A stretch of DNA of 63,538 bases, the filler included, from Atractiella rhizophila (Eukaryota), in NCBI GenBank assembly GCA_021432655.1. It is 8 parts of 7 records of this genome, joined end to end, with 100 filler letters (N's around TTAATTAATTAA, not from the genome) between each part and the next. Parts side by side here need not be neighbours in the genome. Positions count along the whole stretch, not along the records: positions 61,133 to 63,538 come from MU271639.1; 7 more parts are not named here. One strand, given 5' to 3'. Positions within the stretch are counted from its first letter, which is position 1. Each line of letters opens with the position of its first letter. The notes beneath the pieces were generated by a model. The model saw only the letters and a list, made by a program, of their open reading frames with translations, did no database searches and was not told the origin of the DNA. This document shows positions 61,133-63,538 of the stretch, piece after piece. The translations under genes and the position numbers were made by a program.

Positions 61133-63538
61133 GTGAGCGTCCGATCTTCAATCTTTAGCACTTTTCCAACTGCGCGAACGAGCCGATTCATGGGGAGAGA
61201 GTGCAGCAGTTTAGAGTCTACGCGGGTACACGTTGACGCGTCGAATTCGCGTGACATGTTGGAGATTCTGCAAAGGCACCAGGAGAGTGATTCTGTCTGG
61301 TTATCGAGTTGGAAAAGTCGAAGTGGTCGTTTTTGGTGGCGCGTGTCCTGATCGCGACCGTGACTCAAAAGCATCACAACAACCATCAGCTCCTTTGGAA
61401 GGTCGAGAAGAGGATGCTTAGAGCCACGCACGATGGCCAGTTCTACCGCGATATCTCTCTCACGCACCGGGTCGAGCTCTACCAGCAGGTCCCGCAGACA
61501 CGCCTCTCCCGCAATACCTTTTCTCCCGCCACCGCCAATCGAGGAGGAGTTGTCATCTTTTGCCAAGGGAGAGCTCACTGCACAAGGACAGGTTGTTGAC
61601 GGATTGACAGAGGTGGATTTGAGGAGCCCAGTGCTTAAAAGCGCAGAACCATCTACGAGTAAGAGGTGAGTTCCTTCCCGAATTATCGTTCTTTGGATAT
61701 AGTGTGAATATCATGGTTTTGTGTACAGGACGTTATTCTCCTTTCTCCCCATTTCCTTTCTCTCCTCCAACCATACATCCCCACCAAATAACCCGAGAGA
61801 TCTCCCATCAACGGACCGTCGAGCTGAATGTACTTCTTCGAATGCATCCACAATTCCAATTGGACAGGACATCACCTCTCCTCTCCTCCAATCTTCGCAC
61901 GAGCAATCGCGATTCGCGGCGGTATTACGACCGCTAGTTCCACCTAAAGACAACACAGGAGATCTCTCCACCCTCCGTCTCCTCCCACAATCTACCGTGA
62001 CGCCAACTCCCTCCTTCCTCTCTCCGCGTCCCGACATCCCACCCGTCCTACGTCCCGCCTCCCCTCTCCCGCCCGCACACCATCCGCCATCTCACCCTCA
62101 GCCTCGGCCTCAGCCTCACCATTTCTTCCCTTCCACCTCCCAGTATACGCTCGACGAAGATCCGCCGTCGTTACCGCCGATCGTAAGGGTGACGGATACG
62201 AACGGGACCTGGTGGAAGTCTCGCGGAGTCGCGCGTCCCGGCACCGTCGCGCGAAGCGACGTCTCGCACACGAACTCGCACTCCACTGTGGTGACGCGAC
62301 CGCCTTCTTCCCTTTCTAATGACACGGCATCTACATCTGCTTCGCTGAGACGTTTAAGGCTTCCGGACTATGTGGAGCGGCGAAGCAGGGCTGGGAGCTT
62401 GGGTCTAGGATGGGAGGATATTTTGAGTCCGCGTCCAATTGCTTCTTCTTTGCGGGAAGAGGAGGAATTGCGAGAGAGAGAGCGTAGAAGTGAGGTCACC
62501 TTGATGAGGAGGAAGGAGGTGAGGAGAAGGAGGAATAGTGTGGATCGAACGGGGGAGGAGATCATGAGTCCTCGACCGGAGAGGAGGGGAAGAAATGATC
62601 GTTGGGTGGGAAATTTGGAGGATTGGGCATTGACGGAGGGAGAGTACGCTACATTTGGATGGCGTTCTGGACCCTCAGGCTCACGGTCTCATATAAACGA
62701 GAATAGGTTTGGACTGGACCAGTCGAACCTTCATCCCCTTCCTATGCCAACTTATGCACCTCTCCCATCCTATCACACCCTCCCGTCCCGCATGATGAAC
62801 CATGCTTCCAGCTCTCAAAGCACACATTTTCCCCATTCCTCCTCCTCCAGTCTCCTTCTCAACTTTCATCTTCATCGACCTTCATCACCTCCTCATGGGA
62901 TCATAGATCAGAGACCGCTGAATCCCACCTCCTTCAGGTTCATAACTAAGTTTCCGGACCCTGGACGGTATTCTCAACCGCAAGATAAAGGGAGGAGAGC
63001 GTGGACGGGCTGGAAGTGGGCTCTGTTGGGAAGCGCGACGGCGCTGCTCATCTACTCGTTGTTGGGACTGGCGAGCAGTTTGTCGGTTTGGCTCCTGTGT
63101 ATGTTCAACTGTCTATTCTGTGCCAGATGGAGGAAACTGATGGCATGGCGAGAAGCATGGCAGAATGCGGACGTTGTGCTTGTCGTTAATCATGGACTGT
63201 TGCTGTGTGCGTCCTCCATCCTTTTATGTGAGGAGGAGCTCATTGTTGATTCGTGGATGAGTAGTCATCACTTTCACCTCCTGTTTCACTTACCTCCTCT
63301 CTCTCCTCGCTTTCACTTCGACGCTCCTAAACAGCCGTCCGCTCCTTACATTGTATAATGTGATGCTCTGGCCATCGTTGATCCTCGTTCTTGCCGCAGG
63401 TCTGACACTCCTATTTCATATGACAGACGTGAATTAAAGGTCACTTTCAGGCTACCAGGCTTACCATCTCGACCATTTCAATCTCGATGGAAAGCTTTCA
63501 GAGAGATGGAGTAGGGAATGGGAAGAGGAAGGTCGTCT
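61133..63538 (+). CDS. Fungal tetraspanin, Tsp2-like, with very long disordered N-terminus; partial at both ends
   Basis: WTGWKWALLGS..YSLLGL, W.NADVVLVVN, YNVMLW, and FNLDGKLSERWS segments match the basidiomycete Tsp2 pattern as recalled. Confidence 0.7.

Overview
Gene-dense, intron-rich fungal DNA (short GT-AG introns with CTRAC branch points), most consistent with a basidiomycete. It is a draft assembly: seven 100-bp N-TTAATTAATTAA-N linkers and one plain N gap break the window, so adjacency across them is unproven. Conserved genes recognised: acetyl-CoA synthetase (3' part), a cytochrome P450, COG1/Vps51-family protein, a SnoaL/NTF2-like protein, RIC1, a RhoGAP, mago nashi, RPS20, LSM5, an ABCC transporter and a Tsp2-like tetraspanin. 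The largest accessory feature is a 7.8-kb tyrosine-recombinase retrotransposon (20776-28603) with Ngaro-type split direct repeats. Its gag, RT and recombinase ORFs each appear to carry a spliceosomal intron, and it is disabled by tandem duplications and a solo-LTR insertion. The least explained region is a 4.3-kb island (1884-6196) holding two paralogous ~138-aa putative C2HC zinc-finger genes and two paralogous secreted peptide precursors with a conserved Cys-loop C-terminus. A spliced 3-TM domain resembling bacterial hypothetical membrane proteins (9054-9876) is largely invisible in the ORF track. All gene models were built by hand; family names come from motif recognition, not database searches.
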